Below, piece after piece: positions 33,182 to 43,741 of a stretch of 64,000 bases of DNA. The notes beneath the pieces are model-generated. The model made no database searches. It saw only the letters and a list, made by a program, of their open reading frames with translations, and had not been told where the DNA came from. Position numbers and translations under genes: made by a program. How positions within the stretch are numbered: position 1 is the stretch's first letter; every line of letters starts with the position of its first letter. The stretch comes from Fidelibacterota bacterium (GTDB taxonomy: Bacteria > Fidelibacterota > Marinisomatia > SCGC-AAA003-L08 > JACNLC01), in NCBI GenBank assembly GCA_013204025.1, contig JABMOW010000147.1, forward strand, positions 7,742 through 71,741, given 5' to 3'.

Positions 33182-33688
33182 GTGAATAAAGTTACATTTC
33201 TTTTAACTGCTATGTTAGTATTGGTTGGATGTTCAAAAAACAGTGAGATCGTTGACCAATTATGGAATGAAGCAGAAAATTTAAGACAACAGGAAAATCT
33301 TGGAGCTGCAATATCTAAACTTGTGGATATAAAAACGAATTTTCCCGATGACCCAAAAGCTGCTGAAGCTCAATTCATGGTAGGTGAAATCTATCTGAAT
33401 GATGTTAAAAATTACCCAATCGCACTTGAGGAGTTTAAAACTGTCATTCATGATTTCCCGAAATCTGAAATGGCGGAAAAAGCGTTTTTCATGATCGGTT
33501 ATATTTACACAAACTATCTGCAAGCATTTAGCGATGGCATAGAGTATTATAATTTGTTTCTGGAAAAATACCCCAAAAGTGAATTGGTTGCTGCAGTCAA
33601 GTATGAGCTGGAAAGTTTAGCTGACGTCGAAAAAGAGATTTTAGAATTGTCAACTGCGAGCAAAACACATTCGGAGGTGGCTAATTAA
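33182..33688 (+). CDS. TPR lipoprotein (BamD/CpoB-like)
   Basis: Lipobox LVGC; repeated TPR pattern (FPD..AAEAQFMVG, FPKS..AEKAFFMIG, YPKS). Confidence 0.75.
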   Translation: MNKVTFLLTAMLVLVGCSKNSEIVDQLWNEAENLRQQENLGAAISKLVDIKTNFPDDPKAAEAQFMVGEIYLNDVKNYPIALEEFKTVIHDFPKSEMAEKAFFMIGYIYTNYLQAFSDGIEYYNLFLEKYPKSELVAAVKYELESLADVEKEILELSTASKTHSEVAN

Positions 33689-34683
33689 TGACTGATTTTG
33701 ATCTGGCAGGATTAAATGAAAAAATAAAGCAGGAATCTGCTTTTATCAATATCCTCAAAAGTAATCTTTCATCTGTAATTGTCGGTCAGACCGATTTGAT
33801 AAATAAATTGATGATTGCCATGTTGTCCAATGGGCATGTTTTTCTTGAAGGTGTACCCGGACTCGCCAAAACACTTACAGTTAAAACATTGGCAAGCCTG
33901 ATTGATACCAAATTTCAACGGCTTCAGTTTACACCTGATTTGCTACCTGCAGATCTTTTAGGTACGCTGATTTATAATCCCAAAGACTCAACCTTTGAGG
34001 TAAAAAAAGGTCCTATTTTTGCGAACATAATTCTTGCCGACGAAATCAACCGAGCGCCCGCTAAGGTTCAAAGTGCTCTATTGGAAGCGATGCAGGAAAG
34101 ACAAGTGACTATTGGAGAATCTACCTTTAAGCTGGATGCACCATTTTTAGTAATGGCTACTCAAAATCCTATCGAGCAGGAAGGAACATATCCGTTACCC
34201 GAAGCTCAGATTGACAGGTTTATGTTTAAGGTGCTGGTTGGCTATCCAACTATCGATGAGGAATTGAAAATTCTTCAAACTATGGGAATGGTTGCTGAAA
34301 GTTCACAGTTAAAACCTGTCGTGACGGCAGATTCAATCTTAAAAGCTCGAAAACTCGTAGATCAAATTCATATCGCTGAAAATATTCAAAAGTATATCGT
34401 TGCGCTCACCTTTTCTACTCGTGATCCTGAAACAGCTGGGATGAAAGATCTGAAGGGATTTATAGAATATGGTGTATCACCGCGTGCAACAATATTCATG
34501 GCAGTTGCGGCAAAAGCATCAGCATTTATGTCTCATAGAGGATATGTGATCCCTGAAGACATCCGCGAAGTAGGGAGAGCCATTTTAAGGCATAGAATCA
34601 TCCTTACCTATGAAGCTGAAGCTGAAAATGTTACAACCGAAGACATTATCACACGCATGTTTGAATCTGTTCCCACACCTTGA
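33688..34683 (+). CDS. MoxR-family AAA+ ATPase
   Basis: LEGVPGLAKT, QFTPDLLPAD, DEINRAPAKVQSALLE and NPIEQEGTYPLPEAQ. Confidence 0.95.
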   Translation: MTDFDLAGLNEKIKQESAFINILKSNLSSVIVGQTDLINKLMIAMLSNGHVFLEGVPGLAKTLTVKTLASLIDTKFQRLQFTPDLLPADLLGTLIYNPKDSTFEVKKGPIFANIILADEINRAPAKVQSALLEAMQERQVTIGESTFKLDAPFLVMATQNPIEQEGTYPLPEAQIDRFMFKVLVGYPTIDEELKILQTMGMVAESSQLKPVVTADSILKARKLVDQIHIAENIQKYIVALTFSTRDPETAGMKDLKGFIEYGVSPRATIFMAVAAKASAFMSHRGYVIPEDIREVGRAILRHRIILTYEAEAENVTTEDIITRMFESVPTP

Positions 34684-34707
34684 GTAAACCAGGTTGATAA
34701 AAATTAG

Positions 34708-35583
34708 ATGATCCCTTCAGAGATACTTCAAAAAGTTAAGCTGATCGAGATTCGTACTCGTCGTATAGTCAACGATCTATTCGGCGGAGAATATCATTCT
34801 GCGTTTAAAGGCATGGGAATGGAATTCGCTGAAGTCCGTGAGTACACCCCAGGGGATGATATCCGAAATATCGATTGGAATGTGACAGCTCGTACCGGGA
34901 AACCACATATCAAAAAATTTGAAGAAGAGCGCGAACTCACCGTCATGCTGCTGGTGGATGTAAGCGCTTCAGGATATTTCGGTACTGGAGATTCACTTAA
35001 AACAGATGTCATGATCGAAATTGCAGCTGTTTTGGGATTCAGCGCTATCAAAAATAATGATAAAGTGGGATTATTGTTATTTTCTAATAAAATTGAAGAG
35101 TTTATTCCTCCTAAAAAGGGGAAATCTCATGTGCTGAGGGTAATCCGTGAATTGATCTATTATCAGGCTCAGGATCGCACTACCAATATGGCAGCAGCTC
35201 TTGAACATTTGCTGGAAACTCAAAAGAGAAAATCGGTCGTATTTTTAATCTCTGACTTTTTCGATAAAGATTTTGAAAAAGCAATAAATATAACTAATCG
35301 AAAACATGACTTGATTTGTATCCGTGTACTTGACAATGCTGAATTGGAAATTCCCAATTTAGGACTGGTAAAAATTCATGATCCTGAACTCCAATCCTCG
35401 CATTGGATTGATACAGGTTCAGCTAAGTTGAGATCAATGGTTAAAGAAAATTTGACAAAAAAAATGAATGATTTCAATAAATTTTGTCAAAAACACGAAG
35501 TAGATCTAATTAGTGTGAATACTAATGATGGCTATGTTGACCCGCTGGTTTCGTATATGAACAAAAGAATCGCAAGGTATTAG
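34708..35583 (+). CDS. DUF58 domain protein (VWA-like)
   Basis: GMEFAEVREY.PGDDIR.IDWNVTAR, DVSAS and LISDF; follows moxR. Confidence 0.92.
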   Translation: MIPSEILQKVKLIEIRTRRIVNDLFGGEYHSAFKGMGMEFAEVREYTPGDDIRNIDWNVTARTGKPHIKKFEEERELTVMLLVDVSASGYFGTGDSLKTDVMIEIAAVLGFSAIKNNDKVGLLLFSNKIEEFIPPKKGKSHVLRVIRELIYYQAQDRTTNMAAALEHLLETQKRKSVVFLISDFFDKDFEKAINITNRKHDLICIRVLDNAELEIPNLGLVKIHDPELQSSHWIDTGSAKLRSMVKENLTKKMNDFNKFCQKHEVDLISVNTNDGYVDPLVSYMNKRIARY

Positions 35584-36491
35584 TGAAGCGACTCCTCTTT
35601 ATCATATTGTTGCCATTTATGATTTTTGGGCAGGTTTCCGTCGAAACTCAAATCTCCGAACGAACGGTACGAGTCGGCGATCAACTTACGCTGACAATCT
35701 CTGTCACCTGTCCAAAGGATAAATCGGTTAAATTCAGTGAATTGACTCCGGAATCCAATGGTATGTCAGTTCTAAGTGAAGAGATCACACCAGAGTCAAT
35801 TACGTATACGCTTGTATTCTGGGAAGTGGGAGAATTTAAAATTCCAGGGATTTCCTTTGATATATTATATCATGGACAGATTGAATCAACGCTGATGACT
35901 GATCCTGAAGTTGTTCTGGTTGAAAGTATATTGACAGATCAGAATGAACAGATCCGGGATATAAAGGGGATGCATGAAATTCAATTGCACAGTCCATATC
36001 TGAAGTATCTTTTTGTGTTGGGTATTATTCTTTCGGCAATTGCTATATGGGTGATTCTAAGGAAAAGACGAAAACCAGTCGTAAAAGCAGAAAAATGGCA
36101 AAAACCTAAAGATTCTCCCAGAGTCCGTGCAAGAAAAAGGCTGGAAAATCTGAACTGTCCTTATCCAATCACCAATAAAAATAGTGAGACATTTTATCTG
36201 GAACTTACGTCTATTTTTAAAGAGTATCTCGAGAACGAATTTTTCTTCAAAGCTATGGAGATGACAACAGGAGAAATTTATACATACTTATCTGCATCGA
36301 CAGATGACGAACAATTGTTAGAGGATACACATCAGTTATTGAGTAGTTCAGATTTATCGAAGTTTGCAAAACATATCCCTGAAAGAGAAAAATTCCAGAA
36401 TGATAAAGTGTGGATCAGCACGATCATCGATACATTTTATCAAAAAATTGAAAAAGACTTATTCACTTATAACCAAAGGATTAAACAATGA
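35583..36491 (+). CDS. Bat-operon-type membrane protein (BatD-like Ig N-domain, single TM)
   Basis: Signal peptide, VRVGDQLTLTI, TM followed by RKRRK, AMEMTTGEI and SDLSKFAK. Confidence 0.65.
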   Translation: MKRLLFIILLPFMIFGQVSVETQISERTVRVGDQLTLTISVTCPKDKSVKFSELTPESNGMSVLSEEITPESITYTLVFWEVGEFKIPGISFDILYHGQIESTLMTDPEVVLVESILTDQNEQIRDIKGMHEIQLHSPYLKYLFVLGIILSAIAIWVILRKRRKPVVKAEKWQKPKDSPRVRARKRLENLNCPYPITNKNSETFYLELTSIFKEYLENEFFFKAMEMTTGEIYTYLSASTDDEQLLEDTHQLLSSSDLSKFAKHIPEREKFQNDKVWISTIIDTFYQKIEKDLFTYNQRIKQ

Positions 36492-37069
36492 AAAAATACA
36501 TAATCGCCTTAATCATACTGGCATCTTTTTCGTTTGGGAAACTCAATTACTATCGTCCTATCAGTGCAGGGATCACTTTTGGGCGGAATATTGGAGGGTC
36601 GCAATATGAGGACACAAAAATCCTTGGCGTAAGTGGTGAATATAAATTAAATCCATCAATTGGCATTGGTATGGAATACAAAACTTTCCATAATTCACCA
36701 TCACCTGATTACGAAGAATTTCTTACGGATGAAAATATCAGTTTGGTCTCGCTGTTTATGAATAGGTATCATGAATTCAAGCAATTTGACAATAATGGTG
36801 TTAAAGGAATGGCCTCTGTGGGGGGGGCAAGCATGACCATAGACGGCTATGATAAAATCTACTTTATGCTGGGGATTGGATTACAAATTGAACTAGCAGA
36901 TCGTCTGAATCTGGAGTTGTCATTAAGAGATTATATGAAGGAATTCCGAATTCCGTTTACCAGTTTTCCCGAAGTGAATGTTGCAGCTATTGGCGGTGGA
37001 GGGCATTATATGCATTTCAACGTCAATCTCTCGATGGATTTAGGTGATGTCAAATCAAGTAATGATTAA
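36488..37069 (+). CDS. Small putative outer-membrane beta-barrel protein
   Basis: Signal peptide and amphipathic beta-strand pattern (LGVSGEY, IGIGMEY, LGIGLQI). Confidence 0.55.
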   Translation: MKKYIIALIILASFSFGKLNYYRPISAGITFGRNIGGSQYEDTKILGVSGEYKLNPSIGIGMEYKTFHNSPSPDYEEFLTDENISLVSLFMNRYHEFKQFDNNGVKGMASVGGASMTIDGYDKIYFMLGIGLQIELADRLNLELSLRDYMKEFRIPFTSFPEVNVAAIGGGGHYMHFNVNLSMDLGDVKSSND

Positions 37070-37107
37070 TCCTTCTGAATAAATAGTATTTAAGAGGACA
37101 GACAGTA

Positions 37108-37716
37108 ATGATTATCTCGGTTCATTCAGAAAATCCAAATTTAAGGCATGTCCGTCATGCAGTGGATGCACTTAAGGAAGGCGAGTTAATTGTATATCCT
37201 ACGGATACATTGTATGGATTAGGTTGCGATATTTTTAATAAAACCGCCATTGAAAAAATTTATGCTCTACGTAAAATGGATCGGAAAAAGCCACTCAGTT
37301 TTATTTGTCATGACTTTTCTCAAATTGCTGAATATGCAAAAATATCCAATTACGTATACAAGGTTATGAAAAGCATTCTTCCAGGACCTTACACCATTGT
37401 TTTGCCTGCCACCAATAAAGTCCCCAAAATGCTGGTCACAAAACAAAAAACCGTTGGAATCCGGATTCCCGATAACGAATTTGCGCTCGCGTTGGTCAAG
37501 GAATTTGGAGGACCCATTATTTCCACTACCTTGACATCTGATGACCAGATCGCAATATCAGACCCAGACGCGATTCACGAATTATATAAAACACAGATCA
37601 AATATGTTTTTTCGTCTGGTATAAGTGCATCAGAACCCTCAACTGTCATTGAAATCAAGGATGGTGAGATAGGCGTTTTAAGAGAAGGTAAAGGAGATAT
37701 TAGTTTTCTGGATTAA
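37108..37716 (+). CDS. Sua5/YciO/YrdC family protein (YciO-like threonylcarbamoyl-AMP synthase)
   Basis: YPTDTLYGLGC, LPGPYT, TVGIRIPD and PSTVI. Confidence 0.88.
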   Translation: MIISVHSENPNLRHVRHAVDALKEGELIVYPTDTLYGLGCDIFNKTAIEKIYALRKMDRKKPLSFICHDFSQIAEYAKISNYVYKVMKSILPGPYTIVLPATNKVPKMLVTKQKTVGIRIPDNEFALALVKEFGGPIISTTLTSDDQIAISDPDAIHELYKTQIKYVFSSGISASEPSTVIEIKDGEIGVLREGKGDISFLD

Positions 37717-37734
37717 TCTTTCAGCGACAGTTCT

Positions 37735-39357
37735 CTAAAGCACTCTGACAGGGTTAATCCAAATCGGATTTGTCATAGCAAAATAGAATCTGCCAGAGCA
37801 ATTTGTTTCCAATTCCACTCTGAAATAACAAGACAATTCTTCTGAAATATCCTGTTGAAAAACATAATTATATGCTTGAGTATCAGGAGCAATATCTTGA
37901 AGACAGGTTTCAATTTCGTCTCGATATCCTTGAAAAATTTTGATAAAAGATATTCCACCGTAATCAACAGATGATTCACACTCAATCCGAATTGTAAACT
38001 TTGATGAATAACAGGTCTCTCCAGTTTGAGTTATTCCAAATTCATCTTTGATTATAAAGTGTATAAATGGACCATTTGAGATAATACAATTTCCTCTGCG
38101 TAGCGCATTTACAATCGTCTGAGTAGAATTATCCTCTGCGAAAACACCTGTTTTCCATTTTCCAAATATTTGCTCATTTTTTTCCCATAAGGACATCATG
38201 GGTGTTTTGATTTGTCTGAAAATGTTGAAATTGCCATGTGCATCGTTACCGGCATAAATAAATTTCTGTATTCCAAATTTTAATAATTCCAACCATTGCT
38301 CTTTGCCGCGTTCAAACCCGGAATCTAAACAACCATTCATAATTTGGAATCCAGCGACATGTTGATTTTCACAATCCAGGTGATTCCAAATGCCTCGTTT
38401 GATCAGGAGCCACTGAAGAAACGGAGTAGGTGTAAAAGGATGTGCTGCGATAACCAGAGCATCTTCAGAAATTAGATCTTGTAGTTCATCGATTGAATGT
38501 TCTGATCGGGTTTTGAATCGTTTTTCAGCACCATCTCCTGAACCGGGGATATATGTAGGGTTGTTAAAAACAAGGGCATGTACGTTTCTCCCACTTGAAT
38601 TTCGTACAGTAACCTCTTCAGAGGGGATTATAGTACAGGATCGATTTGAATCATTTATTGCCTGAATGTCCTTTCGTGAATTCTTCCATTTCTTCAATAA
38701 AGGATCGGTAATTGTCCAAGATCCGGGCAGGTCATCCAGATCATATGAATGATCCGAAGGGCAAAAGAACGACAATCCCAATGCATTTGCGGCATCGAGA
38801 GTCGGAATAAGTGGGGCACCAAATTCTACCATATCTTCAGTCAGATTACTGTGATAGTGGAGATCTCCCCAATGAATTTTATCAACGCCTGGCAAAGGTT
38901 CATGAGGTAAGTATACCTGAAAAGGAGTAATGGAAAGTAATGCAAGATTATGATTGATACATGATTTGGATTTTCCATTAACCCGATAATCAATATGGAT
39001 GTTCAATGCCACCTGATCAAATATATCAGTTCTGTCAATTTTAATTGATTGATACCAGAAGTGATCAGAGATATTTTGATGAGAATCAACCGACTTGACT
39101 GTTTTTTGTCCAGATGACGTTGTTAGCTGTATTTTAATTTTTTCTAAAATAATTGGATACTGATCTGCGTCTTTTACCAGCAGCATTATAGGTATGTGCG
39201 TATTTAATTTGACCAGGTGGGGGACATCTACAAGTATTTCAGGTTCTCGTTTGAAGTATCGGCTCCCTGTAAATTTAAAGCGGTAGTGCATTTCCGTATA
39301 CAAAAACAAATAAGGAAGAAATTGAAGATTGTCAGGTGAATTTAGGAGAATTTCCAT
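37735..39357 (-). CDS. PHP-domain metallohydrolase (CehA/McbA-like)
   Basis: WGDLHYHS, SDH, AAHPF, AGNDAH and C-terminal TNPIW. Confidence 0.75.
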   Translation of the reverse strand: MEILLNSPDNLQFLPYLFLYTEMHYRFKFTGSRYFKREPEILVDVPHLVKLNTHIPIMLLVKDADQYPIILEKIKIQLTTSSGQKTVKSVDSHQNISDHFWYQSIKIDRTDIFDQVALNIHIDYRVNGKSKSCINHNLALLSITPFQVYLPHEPLPGVDKIHWGDLHYHSNLTEDMVEFGAPLIPTLDAANALGLSFFCPSDHSYDLDDLPGSWTITDPLLKKWKNSRKDIQAINDSNRSCTIIPSEEVTVRNSSGRNVHALVFNNPTYIPGSGDGAEKRFKTRSEHSIDELQDLISEDALVIAAHPFTPTPFLQWLLIKRGIWNHLDCENQHVAGFQIMNGCLDSGFERGKEQWLELLKFGIQKFIYAGNDAHGNFNIFRQIKTPMMSLWEKNEQIFGKWKTGVFAEDNSTQTIVNALRRGNCIISNGPFIHFIIKDEFGITQTGETCYSSKFTIRIECESSVDYGGISFIKIFQGYRDEIETCLQDIAPDTQAYNYVFQQDISEELSCYFRVELETNCSGRFYFAMTNPIWINPVRVL

Positions 39358-39362
39358 ATTGA

Positions 39363-39368
39363 AAATTA
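39363..39368 (-). promoter_or_regulatory. Putative -10 box TAATTT, 5 nt before the ATG of the PHP gene (leaderless)
   Basis: Minus strand reads GGTAATTTTCAAT-ATG; no SD. Confidence 0.4.
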
Positions 39369-39540
39369 CCTTGAGAACGCTTGAAGTTCAGATATCAAAC
39401 TGCAACCTAATATGAAGTGTCAAATTAGTTGTAAATGATTGGTGAATTTCCTTCGGATGATCAGTCTCCATTTATTGTTTGAGATGACAGCCTGATTGTA
39501 AATTATTTAGCTATTTTACGTAATAATATTAAAGGAATTT

Positions 39541-40104
39541 ATGGCAACGACTTCTGATTTTAAAAATGGTTCAATCCTTCAGTGGAAAGATGGTTTATGG
39601 AAAATTGTTGATTTTCAGCATGTAAAGCCGGGAAAAGGACCTGCATTTGTTCGTACAAAACTAAAAAGTGTTAAAACTGGACAAGTAGTAGATGAGACTT
39701 TTCGCGCAGGCGAAAAAATTGAATTTGTAAGACTTGAGGCTCGTGACTATAATTATATGTATAATGATGGTGAATTCTATTATTTCATGGATAATGGGAC
39801 CTATGAGCAAATCCGGCTAAACAAAAATCAAATCGATGACGTTCTGGACTATTTAATTGAAAATACTCCAACGATCATCGCTTTTAACGGTACAGAGCCT
39901 ATCGAAGTACGCATTCCTCAACACATGAATCTGACGGTAATTGAAACTGATCCCGGTGAAAAAGGGAATACTGCTACGGGAGGTACAAAGCCTGCTACTC
40001 TGGAAACGGGAGTAGTTGTTCAGGTTCCGCTTTTTGTTCACCAGGGTGAAACTATTCGGGTTGATACAAAAATCGGAAAATACATTGAACGGGTTAAATC
40101 CTAA
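39541..40104 (+). CDS. efp: Elongation factor P
   Basis: HVKPGKG, KGNTATGGTKPATLETG and VPLF. Confidence 0.97.
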   Translation: MATTSDFKNGSILQWKDGLWKIVDFQHVKPGKGPAFVRTKLKSVKTGQVVDETFRAGEKIEFVRLEARDYNYMYNDGEFYYFMDNGTYEQIRLNKNQIDDVLDYLIENTPTIIAFNGTEPIEVRIPQHMNLTVIETDPGEKGNTATGGTKPATLETGVVVQVPLFVHQGETIRVDTKIGKYIERVKS

Positions 40105-40144
40105 TTCCATTCTTTAATAATAAAACAAAGATTTTGGGGATACA

Positions 40145-40612
40145 ATGATTAGTAAACATAAAATACAGGAACTGATCACATTAGTAGAGAACTCAGGTGT
40201 ATCAGAGGTTGAGATGTCGTCGTTCTGGGGTTTTACAAAATTAAAAATCTCAAAGAATCAATCCACTCATTTACCTGCGCAAATGGTATCTCATACTATT
40301 GCAAATACTCCGGTTCAATCAGGACCTCCAGCTACCAATTTACAAACGGAAGTACCGAAACCATCTGATAATCAACTTGAGATAAAAGCACCGCTGGTGG
40401 GGACATATTATTCTGCAGCGAAACCAGGCGATGCACCGTATCTAAAAACAGGTGACGTCGTATCCGTCGGACAGGTTGTTTGTATCATTGAAGCAATGAA
40501 GATATTCAATGAGATAGAATCAGAGATAGCTGGGCGCGTGACGGAAGTGTTGATACAGAATGAACAACCGGTAGAGTTTGATCAGCCTCTTTTTATTATC
40601 GAACCCTTATAA
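40145..40612 (+). CDS. accB: Biotin carboxyl carrier protein
   Basis: EAMKIFNEI biotinylation motif. Confidence 0.95.
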   Translation: MISKHKIQELITLVENSGVSEVEMSSFWGFTKLKISKNQSTHLPAQMVSHTIANTPVQSGPPATNLQTEVPKPSDNQLEIKAPLVGTYYSAAKPGDAPYLKTGDVVSVGQVVCIIEAMKIFNEIESEIAGRVTEVLIQNEQPVEFDQPLFIIEPL

Positions 40613-40617
40613 GATAC

Positions 40618-41973
40618 ATGTTAAAAAAAATCCTTATTGCAAACCGGGGTGAGATTGCTCTTCGCATCATTCGCGCATGCCGGGAACTCAACATCCCTAC
40701 TGTAGCGGTTTATTCCACGGCAGATTCTCTCTCTTTACATGTAAAATTCGCTGATGAAGCAATTTGTATCGGACCCGCTGAAAGTTCAAAAAGCTATTTA
40801 AATATTCCCGCCATCATGTCAGCCGCTGAAATCACTGCAGCCGATGCTATTCATCCTGGGTACGGATTTTTAGCTGAGAACGCTGAATTTTCCTCTATTT
40901 GCCGGGATCACAAAGTGACGTTTATTGGACCTCCTCCTGAAACAATCAATTCTATGGGAGATAAAGCAAACGCCAAACACACTATGAAATCCGTAAACGT
41001 TCCGGTTATTCCTGGCTCTGAAGGGATTTTAATATCCCATACTCAGGCTATGGCTTTAGCTAAGGAAATTGGATATCCTGTAATTCTGAAAGCCACTGCA
41101 GGAGGTGGTGGAAAAGGGATGCGACGCGCAAATGATCAGGATGAATTGATCAATGGATATAATATGGCTCAGCAAGAGGCAATGTCTGCTTTTAAAAATG
41201 GTGATTTATATCTTGAGAAATATCTGGTAAAACCCAGACATATTGAAGTTCAGATATTGGCAGATAGCCATGGAAACACCGTCGCTTTAGGTGAACGTGA
41301 ATGCTCCATACAGCGCAGGCACCAGAAGTTGATTGAAGAATCACCCTCATCAGCAGTAAACGAAGAGCTGAGACAAAAATTATACGCAGCTGCTATCGCA
41401 GGTGCAAAAGCGGTTAACTATCTGGGCGCAGGGACCATCGAATTTTTATTGGATACTAAAGGTGATTTCTATTTTATGGAAATGAACACTCGAATTCAAG
41501 TGGAGCACCCAGTTACAGAAATGGTCGTTGGTGTTGATCTCATCAAGGAACAGATTCGTTGCCATCGTGGTGAAAAAATCCCGGAATGGATGGGCAATAT
41601 GAAACTTCGCGGTCATTCAATTGAGTGCAGGGTTAACGCTGAAAATCCGGATAAAAATTTCATGCCATCTCCTGGAGTTATTACCAGTTTTCACATGCCC
41701 GGAGGCAAAGGAATTCGCGTCGATACTCATGCTTATGCTGGATATAGCATTCCTCCAAATTATGATTCTATGATCGCTAAGATCATTGTTCGATCACCAA
41801 GCCGAGCAGAAGCAATCCAACGAATGAAGGGTGCATTAGACGAATGTATCATTGAGGGAATATATACAAGTATTCCATTCCAAAAACAGATATTGAACGA
41901 CCCTAAATTTCAGTCAGGAGACATTGATACTGGCTTTCTTGAAACATTTGAATATATACCAGGGAAAGGGTAA
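40618..41973 (+). CDS. accC: Biotin carboxylase
   Basis: [25 protein letters not shown] and [10 protein letters not shown]. Confidence 0.96.
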   Translation: MLKKILIANRGEIALRIIRACRELNIPTVAVYSTADSLSLHVKFADEAICIGPAESSKSYLNIPAIMSAAEITAADAIHPGYGFLAENAEFSSICRDHKVTFIGPPPETINSMGDKANAKHTMKSVNVPVIPGSEGILISHTQAMALAKEIGYPVILKATAGGGGKGMRRANDQDELINGYNMAQQEAMSAFKNGDLYLEKYLVKPRHIEVQILADSHGNTVALGERECSIQRRHQKLIEESPSSAVNEELRQKLYAAAIAGAKAVNYLGAGTIEFLLDTKGDFYFMEMNTRIQVEHPVTEMVVGVDLIKEQIRCHRGEKIPEWMGNMKLRGHSIECRVNAENPDKNFMPSPGVITSFHMPGGKGIRVDTHAYAGYSIPPNYDSMIAKIIVRSPSRAEAIQRMKGALDECIIEGIYTSIPFQKQILNDPKFQSGDIDTGFLETFEYIPGKG

Positions 41974-41978
41974 AATAT

Positions 41979-42356
41979 ATGAATATACCGGACAATTTAA
42001 AATATTCAACAGACCATGAATGGGTAACTATCGAAAATAACATCGTGACATTAGGCATCACTGATTTTGCACAAGGTGAACTGGGAGATATCATTTTCAT
42101 CGAATTTCCCGAAGTAGGAGATTCGATTGAAAAAGGTGACTCATTTGGAACGGTAGAAGCAGTGAAAACGGTATCTGATCTATTTACACCATTGTCAGGT
42201 GAAGTTGTGGAAATTAACAATACTCTCGAAGACAATCCCGAAATCGTAAATGCTGATCCTTATCATAAAGGCTGGATTATAAAATTAAGCATTACAGATG
42301 AATCTGAACTTAATGATCTGATGGATGCCAAATCTTATAAAGAACATATCGGTTAA
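41979..42356 (+). CDS. gcvH: Glycine cleavage system H protein
   Basis: HEW, GITDFAQ, lipoyl EAVK and NADPY.GW. Confidence 0.96.
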   Translation: MNIPDNLKYSTDHEWVTIENNIVTLGITDFAQGELGDIIFIEFPEVGDSIEKGDSFGTVEAVKTVSDLFTPLSGEVVEINNTLEDNPEIVNADPYHKGWIIKLSITDESELNDLMDAKSYKEHIG

Positions 42357-43687
42357 TGCGATTTATACCCATAACGCCTGAAATTGAAAAAGAAATGCTC
42401 AGTGAAATGGGCATTTCTTCTGTGGAGGATTTACTGAGTATTATCCCTGAATCGCTAAGATTAAAAGAAAATCTCGACATGGGTGATTCACTGTCTGAAT
42501 TAGAATTGTTGTCTAAAAGTACAAAATTCTCCAATGCCAATCACTCTATGTCCAGTGGTATTCATTTCCTTGGCGGTGGGGCATACGATCATTTTATCCC
42601 GACAGCTGTTGATTTTTTGTCAGGTCGTTCAGAATTTAATACTGCGTATACTCCCTATCAAGCTGAAGTCAGTCAGGGGACATTGCAGGTGATGTACGAG
42701 TTCCAATCCATGATCTGCGAATTATCTGGGATGGAGGTTGCGAACGCTTCATTATATGACGGAGCATCAGCAGTTGCAGAAGCATGTTCGATGGCATTAT
42801 CCGTCACAGGTAATAAAAAAGTTATCTTGTCGGGGCTTCTTCATCCGTCATCCATAGAGGTAGTAAGAACTTATCTTCAAAATCGTGGTACTGAACTTAT
42901 CATACTCCCTCACAAAAATGGCAAAACAGATTTGACAACACTAGCATCCTATGATGACGATATTGCATGTGTCGTAATTCAATCGCCTAATTATTATGGA
43001 GTAATCGAAGATTGGACGGCCACATCTAAACTATTAGAGGGTAAAAAAGGACTACTCGTTGCAGTAAGTAATCCAATGGATATGGTGTTATTAAAATCAC
43101 CCGGCGAAAGTGGCGCTCATATTTATGTTGGCGAGGGGCAATCTCTCGGGAATCCAATTTCTTACGGTGGCCCCTATTTGGGACTTATGGCTACTCGCAT
43201 GAATCTCATAAGGAAAATGCCCGGCAGAATCGCAGGTAAGACGACTGACCTCGATGGAAAAGAAGGATTTGTTCTTACATTCCAAACCAGAGAGCAACAC
43301 ATTCGACGTGAAAATGCAACTTCAAATATCTGTACCAACCAGGGTTTAATGGCACTTCGGGCGACGATATTTTTGGAATTGATGGGGAAAGTTAATCTAA
43401 AGTCTATGATCGAACTTTGCTTTAATAAAGCACATTACCTTGCTGATAAAATCTCAAATATTCCTGGTTTTGAAATTCCGTTTGGCAACGAATTTATTAA
43501 AGAATTCGTCCTGAAAACACCGATATCTGCACAGAAAATTGTAAATGATGCAGAACAAGCAGGAATTTATATTTCACAAGTTGAGGGAGATTTGTCAGAT
43601 CGATTTCTCCTACTGGCAGTGACAGAGAAACGTAGTAAAGAGGAAATGGATCAATTTGTCCAATTTCTTATGAAGTATAACATTTAG
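42356..43687 (+). CDS. gcvPA: Glycine dehydrogenase subunit 1
   Basis: TAYTPYQAEVSQG, NASLYDG and REQHIRRENATSNICTN. Confidence 0.95.
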   Translation: MRFIPITPEIEKEMLSEMGISSVEDLLSIIPESLRLKENLDMGDSLSELELLSKSTKFSNANHSMSSGIHFLGGGAYDHFIPTAVDFLSGRSEFNTAYTPYQAEVSQGTLQVMYEFQSMICELSGMEVANASLYDGASAVAEACSMALSVTGNKKVILSGLLHPSSIEVVRTYLQNRGTELIILPHKNGKTDLTTLASYDDDIACVVIQSPNYYGVIEDWTATSKLLEGKKGLLVAVSNPMDMVLLKSPGESGAHIYVGEGQSLGNPISYGGPYLGLMATRMNLIRKMPGRIAGKTTDLDGKEGFVLTFQTREQHIRRENATSNICTNQGLMALRATIFLELMGKVNLKSMIELCFNKAHYLADKISNIPGFEIPFGNEFIKEFVLKTPISAQKIVNDAEQAGIYISQVEGDLSDRFLLLAVTEKRSKEEMDQFVQFLMKYNI

Positions 43688-43741
43688 TAAAACTTGATAA
43701 AAAACGATAATAGGTAAGATAGCAAGTGCCAATTCAGAATT

